Of a stretch of DNA of 64,000 nucleotides, positions 22,391 through 32,549 are shown piece by piece (position 1 is the first letter of the stretch; each line of letters starts with the position of its first letter). The DNA lies in assembly GCA_963793305.1 (NCBI GenBank), contig CAWBZV010000005.1, forward strand, positions 1,152,001 to 1,216,000, given 5' to 3'. A program made the position numbers and the translations under genes. The notes under the pieces were generated by a model. It did not search any database. It saw only the letters and a list, made by a program, of their open reading frames with translations, and had not been told where the DNA came from. Source of the DNA: an uncultured Gemmatimonadales bacterium. Its GTDB lineage: Bacteria > Gemmatimonadota > Gemmatimonadetes > Gemmatimonadales > Gemmatimonadaceae.

Positions 22391-22906
22391 ATTCAGGACA
22401 ATTCGAAGCGGGTTCGCGTCAACCGGCAAATTCGCATCAGTCCGATCCGCGTGATTGGAGCGGACGGCAGCCAGTTGGGAATCATGGATGTGGATGCCGC
22501 GCTCTCAGCGGCACAGGAGCAGGGACTTGATCTGGTCGAGGTCGCACCCACCGCGCGGCCACCCGTCGCCCGCATCATGGACTACGGGAAGTTCAAGTTC
22601 GAGCAGGCGAAGATGGCTCGGCAGGCCAAAAAGAAGCAGCACATCATTCACCTCAAAGAGGTGAAGTACCGGCCGGGCATCGAGGACCACGATTTCGAGA
22701 CGAAGACGCGGCACGCTCGCGAGTTTTTGCAGGACGGCAACAAAGTGAAAGTCACGATGATGTTCCGGGGCCGACAGATCGCGCATCCGGAGTTGGGGAG
22801 GGAAGTCGTCGACCGGGTGGCGGCAGCGCTCAACGACATTGCCAAAGTCGAGAGCGACGCCAAGCTCGAAGGAAAGTCGATGATCATGATCTTGACGCCG
22901 AAATAG
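22391..22906 (+). CDS. infC: Translation initiation factor IF-3 (ATT start)
   Basis: In-frame ATT at 22391 gives [54 protein letters not shown]. Confidence 0.95.
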   Translation: MQDNSKRVRVNRQIRISPIRVIGADGSQLGIMDVDAALSAAQEQGLDLVEVAPTARPPVARIMDYGKFKFEQAKMARQAKKKQHIIHLKEVKYRPGIEDHDFETKTRHAREFLQDGNKVKVTMMFRGRQIAHPELGREVVDRVAAALNDIAKVESDAKLEGKSMIMILTPK

Positions 22907-22914
22907 GACTGACG

Positions 22915-23112
22915 ATGCCAAAGATGAAAACGCACAAGGGCGCGAAGAAGCGCTTCTCCGTCACAGCCACGGGGAAGGTGCGCCGCCTGAAGGCGTATAA
23001 GAGCCACATTCTGACCAAGAAGTCCGCGAAGAGAAAGCGCAATCTGCGCCGGCCGACGATCGTCACGCCGAACGGCGACGCGTTGCGTATTAAGCGTCTC
23101 ATTCAGGCGTAA
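22915..23112 (+). CDS. rpmI: 50S ribosomal protein bL35
   Basis: [14 protein letters not shown]. Confidence 0.97.
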   Translation: MPKMKTHKGAKKRFSVTATGKVRRLKAYKSHILTKKSAKRKRNLRRPTIVTPNGDALRIKRLIQA

Positions 23113-23121
23113 GGAGCTCAC

Positions 23122-23484
23122 ATGCCTCGCGTCAAATCGAACGTCGTACGACTCAAGCGCAAAAAGCAGATCATGAAGGCGGCCCGCGGTGCATTCGGCG
23201 GGCGCTCCAAGCTCTGGAAAGCCGCGAAGGAGACCGTCGAGCGCGGCTGGCGCTATGCGTATCGCGATCGCAAGAACAAAAAGCGCGATTTTCGTCGTCT
23301 ATGGATCACCCGCATCAACGCCGCGGCCCATCAGAACGACATGAGCTATTCGGTGTTCATGAACGGCCTCAAAAAGGCCGGCATTGAAGTCGACCGGAAG
23401 ATCCTCGCCGATCTCGCGGTCCGCGACCCGCAAGCGTTTACCGCGCTCGCCGAGCGCGCCCGCAACGCCCTGACCGCCGCGTAA
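23122..23484 (+). CDS. rplT: 50S ribosomal protein bL20
   Basis: [33 protein letters not shown]. Confidence 0.97.
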   Translation: MPRVKSNVVRLKRKKQIMKAARGAFGGRSKLWKAAKETVERGWRYAYRDRKNKKRDFRRLWITRINAAAHQNDMSYSVFMNGLKKAGIEVDRKILADLAVRDPQAFTALAERARNALTAA

Positions 23485-23503
23485 ACTCGGGCGGTCTCTC
23501 GCA

Positions 23504-23540
23504 AAGAGGGCGGCGGCGCGATGGCGCTGCCGCCCCTTTT
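23504..23540 (+). terminator. Putative intrinsic terminator after rplT
   Basis: GGGCGGCGGCGC-GATG-GCGCTGCCGCCC stem then CTTTT. Confidence 0.6.
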
Positions 23541-23550
23541 ACTTATGCCT

Positions 23551-24567
23551 ATGCTCAACGAGCTCCAAGACCTAGAGGCTCGCGCCCTCCGCGCACTCGC
23601 CGATGCCACGTCGCTCGGGGACGTCGAAGACGTGCGCGTGAAATATCTCGGCCGCAGCAGTGGCGAACTGAACGCGTTCATGGCCCGCCTGCCTAGCCTG
23701 CCCGCCGAAGAACGTCGCCCGGTCGGCAGGATGCTGAACGATGTCAAAGCGCACATCACCGAGGCGATAGCCGAGCGCCTTGCCGAGCTCGAAGCGAGTG
23801 CGGTGAGCGAAGCGCCCGCGCTCGATCTCAGCATGCCGGGTCGCGAGACGTGGCGCGGCGGCCGCCACCCGGTCACGCTCGTCATCGACGAGATCGAGCA
23901 GATCTTCCGCCAGTTGGGCTTCACCATCGCTCTGGGCCCTGAGGCCGAGACGGAGTGGTACAACTTCGGCGCACTCAACTTCCCGCCGAACCACCCGGCG
24001 ATGGACGCCCACGACACGATCTACTTGTCGGATGATGTGCTGCTCCGAACCCACACGTCGCCCGTGCAAATCCGCACGCTCCAACGCTGGGCGCCACCCA
24101 TTCGGGTGCTGGTGCCGGGCACGGTGTACAGGCGCGATCCATTCGATGCCTCGCACGCGCCGGGGTTCGCCCAGGTCGAAGGCCTCTCCATCGACGAAGG
24201 CGTGAGCTTCGTCGACCTCAAAGCCACATTGACGCACTTCGCCCGCGAATTCTTCGGCACCGCCATCACGCGCTTCCGCCCGAGCTTCTTCCCATTCACC
24301 GAGCCCTCGGCCGAAATGGACGTGCAATGCCAGATCTGCAAGGGCGCCGGCTGCGCGGCCTGCAAGGGCACGGGCTGGATGGAGATCCTCGGCTCGGGCA
24401 TGGTCCATCCCGCGGTGCTCGAAGCCACGGGTGTCGACAGCGAGCGCTACTCGGGCTGGGCCTTCGGCATGGGCCCGGGTCGCGTCGCGCAGCTGCGCTA
24501 CGGCATTCCCGATATCCGCGCCCTCTACGACACCGACGTGCGCGTCCTCGGCTCCCTCTCCACATGA
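23551..24567 (+). CDS. pheS: Phenylalanine-tRNA ligase alpha subunit (start 23545 or 23551)
   Basis: LLRTHTSPVQIR, RFRPSFFPFTEPSAE, GWAFGMG. Confidence 0.96.
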   Translation: MLNELQDLEARALRALADATSLGDVEDVRVKYLGRSSGELNAFMARLPSLPAEERRPVGRMLNDVKAHITEAIAERLAELEASAVSEAPALDLSMPGRETWRGGRHPVTLVIDEIEQIFRQLGFTIALGPEAETEWYNFGALNFPPNHPAMDAHDTIYLSDDVLLRTHTSPVQIRTLQRWAPPIRVLVPGTVYRRDPFDASHAPGFAQVEGLSIDEGVSFVDLKATLTHFAREFFGTAITRFRPSFFPFTEPSAEMDVQCQICKGAGCAACKGTGWMEILGSGMVHPAVLEATGVDSERYSGWAFGMGPGRVAQLRYGIPDIRALYDTDVRVLGSLST

Positions 24568-26996
24568 ACGCGTCAACGTCCTGGCTCTCGCAGTTCGTCG
24601 ACACGGGCCTCACGCCCGCGCAACTCGCGGATCTGATCACGCGCCACGTGGCGACCGTCGATGCCGTCGAGCCGCTGCGCGCCGATCTCTCATCGATCAT
24701 CGTCGGCCGGGTGCTCACGGCCGACCGCCATCCGGACAGCGACCATCTCTGGGTCACCACCGTCGATGCCGGTGGTCCCGAGCCACTCGAAGTCATCTGC
24801 GGCGCGCCGAACGTCACGGCCGGCACGAAGTACCCGTTCGCTCCGGTCGGCGCCACATTGCCGGGCGGGCTCAAGATCGAGAAGCGCAAGATCCGCGGGC
24901 GCGTCTCGAACGGCATGCTCTGCTCCTCGCGCGAGCTCGGCCTCGGCGCGGATCATGAGGGCATCTTGCCGCTCTCAACGGACGCACCACCCGGTACACC
25001 GTTCTTGCGGGTTTTGCCGGACGCCGACACGCGCCTCGTCGTCGATGTCCTCGCCAACCGCCCGGACTTGCTCTCTCATCGCGGACTAGCCCGAGAGATC
25101 GCTGCGGCGACGGGTAAGTCATTGAGATCCCCGGCCGTCATAGACATTCAGGCCCCGGCGCCAATCCCGACGTTCGCCTCAGGCGAGACCGCTGGCGTTC
25201 GCGTGGTTGTCGAACATGCGACGGACTCGCCAGCCTACATGGGTGTCGTAATCCGAGGTGTCAAAGTCGGCCCTAGCCCGCAATGGCTCATCGACCGCCT
25301 CACGGCCGTCGGCGTCCGCTCGATCAACAATCTGGTCGATGCAACGAACTACATGCTGCACGGCTTCGGCCAGCCGATGCACGCGTTCGACCTCGATGCC
25401 CTCCGCGGAGGGGTCGTCCAAGTTCGTCGCGCCAAGGCCGGCGAATCGCTGGTCACACTCGATGGAGTCTCGCGGACGCTCGATCCGGAGATGGTGGTCA
25501 TTGCCGACGCCGAACGCGCCCAAGGTCTCGCCGGCATCATGGGCGGCCGCACCAGCGAGGTCAGCGACAAGACCGTCAACGTCTTCTTGGAGATCGCGAC
25601 GTTCGATCCGCGCCGCACCCGTCGCACGTCGCGCGCGCTCGGCCTCTCGACCGACGCGAGCTACCGCTACGAACGCGGCGTGCCGCAGGAGCTGCCGGCC
25701 GATGTCTATCGCGCGACGCTCCAACTGATCATCGAGTTGTGCGGCGGTACAATCGCGGGCGCCCCAGCCGTGGTGACGGCGCCAGAAAGAGAGCGCCACA
25801 AGCTGACGCTCCGCGCCGCGCGTGTGCGCACCATACTCGGCGTCGACATCTCGTCGGCCGAGTCGGCTCGCCTGCTCAATGCGGTCGGCTTCGAGGCCGT
25901 GCCGATCGAAGGCGACCTGGCGGTCACCGCGCCGTGGTTCCGCACGGACATCGCCCGCGAGATCGATCTCATCGAAGAAATCGCGCGCCTGCGCGGCTAC
26001 GAGACGTTCCCGAGCGACCTTCGGCCCTATCGCCCGAGCGCCGTCCCGGATCCGGCGCTGCTCGACACGACGCGCCGCCTCACCGACGCCCTCGTCGGCC
26101 TCGGCTTCTTGGAAGCGCGGCCACTCTCGTTCGTCGCCGACGCCGGTCCCGATGGCGTGCGTCTCCGCAACCCGCTCGGCGATAGCGAACCCTATTTGCG
26201 CTCGGATCTCCTCGGCCCGCTGTCTCGGCGAGCCGAGTACAATCTCGATCGGAAGCAGGGTGACCTGCGTCTGTTCGAGATCGGGACGATTTTTCTGCGC
26301 GACGAGGGCACCCGGCCCATCGAGCAAGTCCACGTCGCCGCGCTCATGATGGGCGCTCGCCGCCCGCCGCACTTCACCGAGCCTGATCCACCAGTCTTCG
26401 ACGAGTGGGACGCCAAGGACATTGCCGAACGCCTCGCGTCGCTCGCCTTCCCGGGTGCGCCGATCAGCATGCGCCCCGGCTCCCCGGACGTCGCGATCTG
26501 GAAGGTCCACGCCGGCGGGTTTGCCATCGGCATCGTGACTCGCGTTCCACTCGACGCTCCAGCCTGGGCGCGCCCGGCCTATGGAATCGAATTGTGGCTC
26601 GAGACGACGCCGACTGATCCGGTGGCGAAGCCGGGCGCCAATGCCTATGCGACGGTGGCTGAGTCGGCGAAGGGGCGAGTTGTCCCGCGATATGTCGCGC
26701 CACCAACGTTCCCCGCGGTCGAGCGGGACGTGAGCCTCCTCGTACCGGACAGCCTGGAGGGCGGGGCGGGAGAGGTCGAGCGCGTGCTCAAAGCCGAGGG
26801 TGGCCTACTCGAAGAAATTCGCTTAGTCAGCGAGTACCGAGGCCCAGGAGTGGACGCTGGAGATCGCAGCGTTACATGGCGGTTGACGTTCCGTCACCCA
26901 ACGCGCACTCTTACCGAGAAAGAGGTTGATGAGCGACAACGTAAGCTGTTGCGAACGTTAGAGACGGAGCTCGGTGTCCGACAACGAGCGATCTGA
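24564..26996 (+). CDS. pheT: Phenylalanine-tRNA ligase beta subunit
   Basis: ICGAPNV, NRPDLLSHRGLARE, QPMHAFD, DLIEEIARL, C-terminal FDX-ACB. Confidence 0.96.
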   Translation: MNASTSWLSQFVDTGLTPAQLADLITRHVATVDAVEPLRADLSSIIVGRVLTADRHPDSDHLWVTTVDAGGPEPLEVICGAPNVTAGTKYPFAPVGATLPGGLKIEKRKIRGRVSNGMLCSSRELGLGADHEGILPLSTDAPPGTPFLRVLPDADTRLVVDVLANRPDLLSHRGLAREIAAATGKSLRSPAVIDIQAPAPIPTFASGETAGVRVVVEHATDSPAYMGVVIRGVKVGPSPQWLIDRLTAVGVRSINNLVDATNYMLHGFGQPMHAFDLDALRGGVVQVRRAKAGESLVTLDGVSRTLDPEMVVIADAERAQGLAGIMGGRTSEVSDKTVNVFLEIATFDPRRTRRTSRALGLSTDASYRYERGVPQELPADVYRATLQLIIELCGGTIAGAPAVVTAPERERHKLTLRAARVRTILGVDISSAESARLLNAVGFEAVPIEGDLAVTAPWFRTDIAREIDLIEEIARLRGYETFPSDLRPYRPSAVPDPALLDTTRRLTDALVGLGFLEARPLSFVADAGPDGVRLRNPLGDSEPYLRSDLLGPLSRRAEYNLDRKQGDLRLFEIGTIFLRDEGTRPIEQVHVAALMMGARRPPHFTEPDPPVFDEWDAKDIAERLASLAFPGAPISMRPGSPDVAIWKVHAGGFAIGIVTRVPLDAPAWARPAYGIELWLETTPTDPVAKPGANAYATVAESAKGRVVPRYVAPPTFPAVERDVSLLVPDSLEGGAGEVERVLKAEGGLLEEIRLVSEYRGPGVDAGDRSVTWRLTFRHPTRTLTEKEVDERQRKLLRTLETELGVRQRAI

Positions 26997-27267
26997 GATC
27001 CTGGCTTTCCGCGAGCTGACCCTGCTCGTGCGCCACTTGGGCGACGAGCTGGCGAGCTTCCGCAAGCGCGCACTCACGGCTGAGTCGCGCGTGAAAGCGA
27101 TAGAGGTCGCCGGCTCGACGAACACTGAGGGGTTGGCCGAGCGGGTGGCGCAGCTGGAGGCCGAGAACACGGATCTCCGCACCCGATTGGAGGCCGCCCG
27201 CGGGAGGGCGAGACATATGTTGGAGCGGGTGCGATTCCTCCGTCAGCAACAGGAGGGTGGCCGATGA
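26974..27267 (+). CDS. Coiled-coil protein, ZapB-like
   Basis: Coiled coil between pheT and zapA. Confidence 0.6.
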   Translation: MSDNERSEILAFRELTLLVRHLGDELASFRKRALTAESRVKAIEVAGSTNTEGLAERVAQLEAENTDLRTRLEAARGRARHMLERVRFLRQQQEGGR

Positions 27268-27548
27268 CAAAAACCGTCGTTCGCGTAACGATCGTCGGTG
27301 ATGAATATTCGATCAAGACCGAGGCAGCCCCGGAACACACGCGTCGCGTTGCCGAGTACGTTGATAATGCGATCCGGACGGTGATGCACGGTTCGATGGT
27401 CGAGCCGCAAAAGGCCGCGATCCTCGCGGCGCTCCAGATTACGAACGAGCTGTTCGAAGCCAACCGAGCGGCGCAAACGCTCGCGGCTGAAATCGAGTCG
27501 TTGGGGGCCGAGGTCCGTCACTGGCTACCACCGGCAAAGCGCGCCTGA
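27264..27548 (+). CDS. zapA: Cell division protein ZapA
   Basis: VTIVGDEYSI, VAEYVD, AILAALQITNEL. Confidence 0.88.
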   Translation: MTKTVVRVTIVGDEYSIKTEAAPEHTRRVAEYVDNAIRTVMHGSMVEPQKAAILAALQITNELFEANRAAQTLAAEIESLGAEVRHWLPPAKRA

Positions 27549-27601
27549 ACAACGTTTAAACGCCGCGGCGGTAGACGAGCCGCGCTGGAGTATAGATTCG
27601 T

Positions 27602-29191
27602 ATGGAAACAGGAGTCATCGTCCTGGCCGCGTTTGCGGCCGTGCTCGTTGCAGGTTGCATTATCACGTTCATGGCCGGGCGCCGTCAGGGACAGGCGGCC
27701 GAGGCTGAGCGTTTGGCCGCCGCCAAGGCGGGCGCCGAGGATGTGCGGCGGCGCGCGATCGAAGAGGCCGAGCGCGAGGCCGAGAACCTGCGCAAGAGCG
27801 CGCTCGTCAGCGGCAAAGAAGAGCTGATCAAGCAGCGCGAGGCGTGGGAGGTCGAGGCCCGTCGCCGCCGCGATGAGATCGAACGCGACGAGAAGCGGGT
27901 GCAGGAGCGCGAGACGGTCCTCGATCGCAAGTTCGACGTGCTCGACCAGCGCGACCGAGAGATCGGCACCAAATCCACAGATATTGGCCGCCGCTCGAAG
28001 GTTCTTGAGGATCGTGAAGCCGAGCTCGACCGTCTAGTCGCCGATGAGCGGCGTCGCCTGGAGCAGCTGGCTGGCATGTCGGCCCAAGATGCCAAAGCGC
28101 TCCTGATGCAGCGGATGGAGGAGGAAGCGCAGGCCGCCGCGGCTAATCGGTTACGCGAGATCCGCGAGTCGTCGAAGCGAACAGCGGATCGCGAGGCCAA
28201 GAAAATAGTCGCGCTCGCTGTCCAACGAATCGCAGCCGAACATACGGCTGAGTCGACAGCGTCTGCCGTCGCTCTCCCGAACGATGAGATGAAGGGGCGC
28301 ATTATCGGTCGCGAGGGCCGAAATATTCGCGCCTTCGAACTGGCAACGGGTGTCGACGTGATCATCGACGACACTCCGGACACCGTCGTAGTCTCGTGCT
28401 TCGACCCGGTTCGCCGAGAAGTCGCGCGCCTGGCGCTCGAGAAGCTGGTCGCCGACGGCCGCATACACCCGGGCCGGATCGAAGAGGTCGTCAACAAGGC
28501 GCGCACTGAAGTCGACGCCGCGATCCTCGAAACGGGCGAACAGGCCGCGTACGAGACAGGCGTCCGCGGCCTCCACCCGGAACTGATCAAGCTGATCGGG
28601 CGTATGCGTTGGCGGACGAGCTACGGCCAGAACATCCTCCAGCACTCCAAGGAGGTCGCCTGGCTCGCCGGCATCATGGCTGCCGAGCTCGGACTGGATG
28701 TCGCCCTCGCCAAGCGCGGCGCCCTCCTGCACGATGTCGGCAAGGTACTGACACACGAACACGAGGGCACGCACGTGCAACTCGGCGTCGAGGTCGCCAC
28801 CAAGTACGGCGAAAGCCCGTTGGTGGTGAACTGCATCGCCGCGCATCACGACGACGTGCCCCACGAGACCGAAGTCTCCGTGCTCGTGCAGGCGGCCGAT
28901 GCGATCTCGGGTTCCCGTCCAGGCGCCCGCCGCGAAGCGTTCGAGACGTATGTCAAACGCCTGGAGGGCATCGAACGCATCGCCTCATCGTACCGCGGCG
29001 TCGACAAGGTCTTCGCGATCCAGGCAGGTCGTGAGGTGCGCGTCGTCGTCACGCCGGAAGACGTCGACGACGCTCGCATGACGACGCTCTCCGAGGAGAT
29101 CGCCCGTCGGATCGAGGCCGAGCTGCAGTATCCGGGTCAAATCAAAGTCGTGGTGATCCGTGAGACGAGGGCAGTCGACTTTGCCCGCTGA
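27602..29191 (+). CDS. rny: Ribonuclease Y
   Basis: N-terminal TM, MKGRIIGREGRNIR KH domain, LLHDVGK HD domain, YPGQIKV. Confidence 0.97.
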   Translation: METGVIVLAAFAAVLVAGCIITFMAGRRQGQAAEAERLAAAKAGAEDVRRRAIEEAEREAENLRKSALVSGKEELIKQREAWEVEARRRRDEIERDEKRVQERETVLDRKFDVLDQRDREIGTKSTDIGRRSKVLEDREAELDRLVADERRRLEQLAGMSAQDAKALLMQRMEEEAQAAAANRLREIRESSKRTADREAKKIVALAVQRIAAEHTAESTASAVALPNDEMKGRIIGREGRNIRAFELATGVDVIIDDTPDTVVVSCFDPVRREVARLALEKLVADGRIHPGRIEEVVNKARTEVDAAILETGEQAAYETGVRGLHPELIKLIGRMRWRTSYGQNILQHSKEVAWLAGIMAAELGLDVALAKRGALLHDVGKVLTHEHEGTHVQLGVEVATKYGESPLVVNCIAAHHDDVPHETEVSVLVQAADAISGSRPGARREAFETYVKRLEGIERIASSYRGVDKVFAIQAGREVRVVVTPEDVDDARMTTLSEEIARRIEAELQYPGQIKVVVIRETRAVDFAR

Positions 29192-30069
29192 GTTGATCGA
29201 TGGCGTCGCCATCGCGCGCGATGTTCGCGAAGATGTCGCGCGTGAGGCGGCGGCGTTGGTTGCCCAGGGCATAACCCCGGGTCTCGCTGTCGTATTGGTG
29301 GGCGACGACCCGGCGAGCGCCGTCTACGTGCGCGCCAAGGGGAAGGCGACCGAAGAAGCCGGCATGCACGGCGAAACCATTCGTCTCCCGGCGGAGACGA
29401 CGCAGGACGAGCTACTGGCGCTGGTCGACCGTCTGAACGCCGACGAGTCGATCCACGGCATCCTGATCCAGTCGCCGCTCCCGAAACACATCAAGTATCA
29501 GTCGATTATTGAGCGGCTCAGACCTGAGAAAGACGTCGACGGCTTTCATCCGATCAACGCCGGCAAGCTGCTCATTGGTGATCGCACGGGATTCGCGCCG
29601 TGCACACCGGCGGGCGTGATGGAGAATGCTGCGCCGCAAGAAGGTCGAGGTACAGGGGGCAGAATGCGTCATCGTCGGCCGCAGCACGATCGTCGGCCGC
29701 CCGATGGCGGCACTCATGATCCAAGATGACGCGACCGTCACGGTCTGCCACAGCAAGACGCGCGACCTCGCCTCGCACACCCGCCGCGCGGACATTCTCA
29801 TCGCCGCGATTGGCCGCCCGCGGTATATCACGGGTGATATGGTCCGCCCCGGTGCTGTCGTAATCAACGTCGGCATCAATCGGGTAAGCGACAGTCGGGC
29901 AAAACAGGGCTATATCCTGGTCGGCAATGTCGATTTTCCGAGCACTAGTGAGGTCGCGTCATTGATTACCCCTGTCCCTGGCGGGGTCGGGCCAATGACG
30001 ATCGCGATGTTGCTTAAAAACACTGTGCGCTCTGCAGCGATGACGGGCCAGCCGAGTCACCAGCACTAA
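29181..30069 (+). CDS. folD: Bifunctional FolD, +1 frameshift near 29625
   Basis: [24 protein letters not shown] then [22 protein letters not shown] in the next frame. Confidence 0.92.
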
Positions 30070-30078
30070 ATTTCGGCC

Positions 30079-31413
30079 ATGCGACCGCGCCAGGCTCAGG
30101 CCGATCTCTTTCCGCTCGATAGCGCCGCGTTCAACGCTTCCTCGGCCGCGGCGGCCGCACTCGCCGCGCCGCCAGGCTCGACACCCGCGGCCGCGACGAC
30201 TGTTACGGCGCTGACGTATCTCGTGCGCGACGTACTGGAAGGTACCGTCCTCCCACTCTGGGTCCGGGGGGAAGTGTCCGATTTCAAGGCGAGCCGTAGC
30301 GGCCACTGGTACTTCACGCTCCGCGATGACTCGTCGCAGCTGCGCTGCGTTGTCTGGTCGCGCGAGGCCGTGCGCATTAAGACGCCGCCGGCCGATGGCC
30401 GCCAGGTCGCCGTGCGCGGCCAGCTGACGGTCTATCCCGCGCGCGGCGAGATGCAGTTCGCCGTCATGGACGTCGAGCTCCTCGGCGCCGGTGCGCGGCG
30501 CGCGGCCGTGGAGCGCACGTTGCGCGCGCTCGAAAAAGATGGCCTGCTCGATGACGCCCGAAAGCGTGCGCTCCCGCGCTGGCCTCGCCGTATCGCGGTC
30601 GTCACCAGCCCCAATGGCGCCGCCATCCGCGATGTGATCGCGGTGGTTGCGCGCAGGGCCCCATCGGTCGAGGTCGTCGTTGTCGCTGCTCGCGTTCAGG
30701 GCGCTGGCGCGCCGGACGCATTGTGCGCCGCACTGTCGACTGTCGCCCGTTGGGCGGACGCCGACACGGTCATCATCGGCCGGGGCGGTGGCGCCAAGGA
30801 CGATCTCTCGGCCTTCGACGACGAGCGCGTGGCTCGTGCGCTCGCCGCGTGTCCCATGCCGACGATTTCCGCGGTCGGTCATGAGATAGACCTGACCGTT
30901 TGTGACCTCGTTGCCGACCACCGCGCTCCGACACCGTCCGCTGCCGCAGAGGCAGCCGTACCCGCCGAGTCCGACCTCTCCGCTCGCCTCCACGCCGCGG
31001 GCACCGATCTCGCGGCGGCCGCGACGCGTCGCATACGCGAAGCTCACTCCGCTCTCACTCGCTCCGCCCGCCACGTCCACCGTTCCGCTTCGGTCTCGGT
31101 CGAACGCCGCGCTGCCCGCCTCTCGGCCGCCGCCGCCCGCGTTCAGGCCTTGAGCCCGCTCGCCACCCTCGCCCGCGGCTACGCCGTCGCCCGCGACATC
31201 GACGGCGGCCCGGCACTGACCAGCGCGGCCCAATTCGCGCCCGGCCGGCCGTTTGACCTCGTGCTAGTCGACGGCACCGTCCGTTCACGTGTCGACGGCC
31301 CTGTGCCCGCTCGCGTCGACGGTCCCGTGCCCGCTCGCGTCGCACCTGCCCCAGTCGACCCACTGCTCGCCGACGCGACGAGGGGCGCGAAGCGCCACGA
31401 GGAGGCGTCGTGA
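30079..31413 (+). CDS. xseA: Exodeoxyribonuclease VII large subunit
   Basis: SGHWYFTL, GRGGG, SAVGHEID, APTPSAAAE, TLARGY. Confidence 0.94.
   Translation: MRPRQAQADLFPLDSAAFNASSAAAAALAAPPGSTPAAATTVTALTYLVRDVLEGTVLPLWVRGEVSDFKASRSGHWYFTLRDDSSQLRCVVWSREAVRIKTPPADGRQVAVRGQLTVYPARGEMQFAVMDVELLGAGARRAAVERTLRALEKDGLLDDARKRALPRWPRRIAVVTSPNGAAIRDVIAVVARRAPSVEVVVVAARVQGAGAPDALCAALSTVARWADADTVIIGRGGGAKDDLSAFDDERVARALAACPMPTISAVGHEIDLTVCDLVADHRAPTPSAAAEAAVPAESDLSARLHAAGTDLAAAATRRIREAHSALTRSARHVHRSASVSVERRAARLSAAAARVQALSPLATLARGYAVARDIDGGPALTSAAQFAPGRPFDLVLVDGTVRSRVDGPVPARVDGPVPARVAPAPVDPLLADATRGAKRHEEAS
31267..31338 (+). repeat. 24-bp in-frame tandem repeat (3 units) at xseA 3' end
   Basis: GTCGACGG... 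at 31267, 31291, 31315 encoding VDGTVRSR/VDGPVPAR/VDGPVPAR. Confidence 0.8.
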
Positions 31414-31631
31414 GCTTCGAAGCCGATGTCGCGCGGTTGGAGACGATCGCCGCCGAGCTAGATGGCGGCGGCCAAGGCGTGTCGCTCGACCGCGCCCTCG
31501 AGCTCTTCGAAGAGGGCGTAGCCTGCCTGCGCCGCGCCTCGGCGGAGCTCGCGCGCGCCGAGTCCCGTGTGACGCAGCTCGTCGAGCAGGTCGACGGAAC
31601 GTTCACCTTGAAGCCTTTCCGCAATGAGTAA
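31410..31631 (+). CDS. xseB: Exodeoxyribonuclease VII small subunit
   Basis: SFE...LE.I..., SLDRALELFEEG. Confidence 0.9.
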   Translation: MSFEADVARLETIAAELDGGGQGVSLDRALELFEEGVACLRRASAELARAESRVTQLVEQVDGTFTLKPFRNE

Positions 31632-32532
31632 CGCGGTCGGCGCATTGGATGACGTGTCATTCGGCGAAGACCGTCGCGCCATTCAATCGGCCTTGGCCAG
31701 CGTCTGCGCCGGCTATCTCGATGATCTCCCGCCGGTCGCGGCGGAGGCGATCCGTTATAGTTTGATGGGCGAGGGGAAGCGCATCCGCGCGATCCTCTTG
31801 CTGGCCGCCTATCGCGCGGCCGGTGGCCGCGGCGACGCCAGCGCGCTGGCGGCATTGGTCGAAGTCGTGCACGCCTACTCGCTCGTGCACGACGACCTGC
31901 CGTGCATGGACGATGACGATCTCCGCCGCGGCCGTCCCACGGTCCATCGCGTGTTTGGCGTGGCCGCCGCCACGGCCGCCGGCCTGGCAATGGTCCCACT
32001 CGCGGCGCGCTGCGCCATGGAGGCCGGGGTCCGCTTGGAGTTGCCCGACACCGTGTGCGGCACCATTCTTCGTGAATTGATGCGTGCGGCTGGAGGTGGC
32101 GGCATGATCGGCGGTCAGTTGCTCGATCTCGAGGGCGAGACCAAGGCTCTGTCGCTCGAGCAGCTCGAGCGCATTCACCGGGCGAAGACCGGTGCGCTCG
32201 TTACGGCATCGGTTCGCATCGGCGGAATCGCGGCGCTCGGGCCCGCTCGGGTCGTCGATGCACTCGATCGCTACGGCGCCGCCGTCGGCCTCGCGTTTCA
32301 GATCGCCGACGACGTCCTCGGCGTCACCGCCACTACTGACCAGTTGGGAAAAACCGCCGGGCGTGATGTCGAGTTGCAGAAAAGCACCTATCCGGCGCTC
32401 CTCGGCGTCGAAGGCGCCGTTGCCCGCGCCACGAGCCTGGTCGACGAAGCCTGCGACGCGCTCGACCGCGAGCATTTGTTGACGCCCGCGCTGGCCGCGC
32501 TCGCGCGGTTCGCGGTCAGTCGACCATCGTGA
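31624..32532 (+). CDS. ispA: Polyprenyl (farnesyl) diphosphate synthase
   Basis: GKRIR, SLVHDDLPCMDDDDLRRG, FQIADD, GKTAGRD, KSTYP. Confidence 0.9.
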   Translation: MSNAVGALDDVSFGEDRRAIQSALASVCAGYLDDLPPVAAEAIRYSLMGEGKRIRAILLLAAYRAAGGRGDASALAALVEVVHAYSLVHDDLPCMDDDDLRRGRPTVHRVFGVAAATAAGLAMVPLAARCAMEAGVRLELPDTVCGTILRELMRAAGGGGMIGGQLLDLEGETKALSLEQLERIHRAKTGALVTASVRIGGIAALGPARVVDALDRYGAAVGLAFQIADDVLGVTATTDQLGKTAGRDVELQKSTYPALLGVEGAVARATSLVDEACDALDREHLLTPALAALARFAVSRPS

Positions 32533-32549
32533 CCTTTATCCATTCATCT

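Noticed and set aside
27549..27601. 6S RNA expected after zapA
   Set aside because: The gap is only 53 nt.
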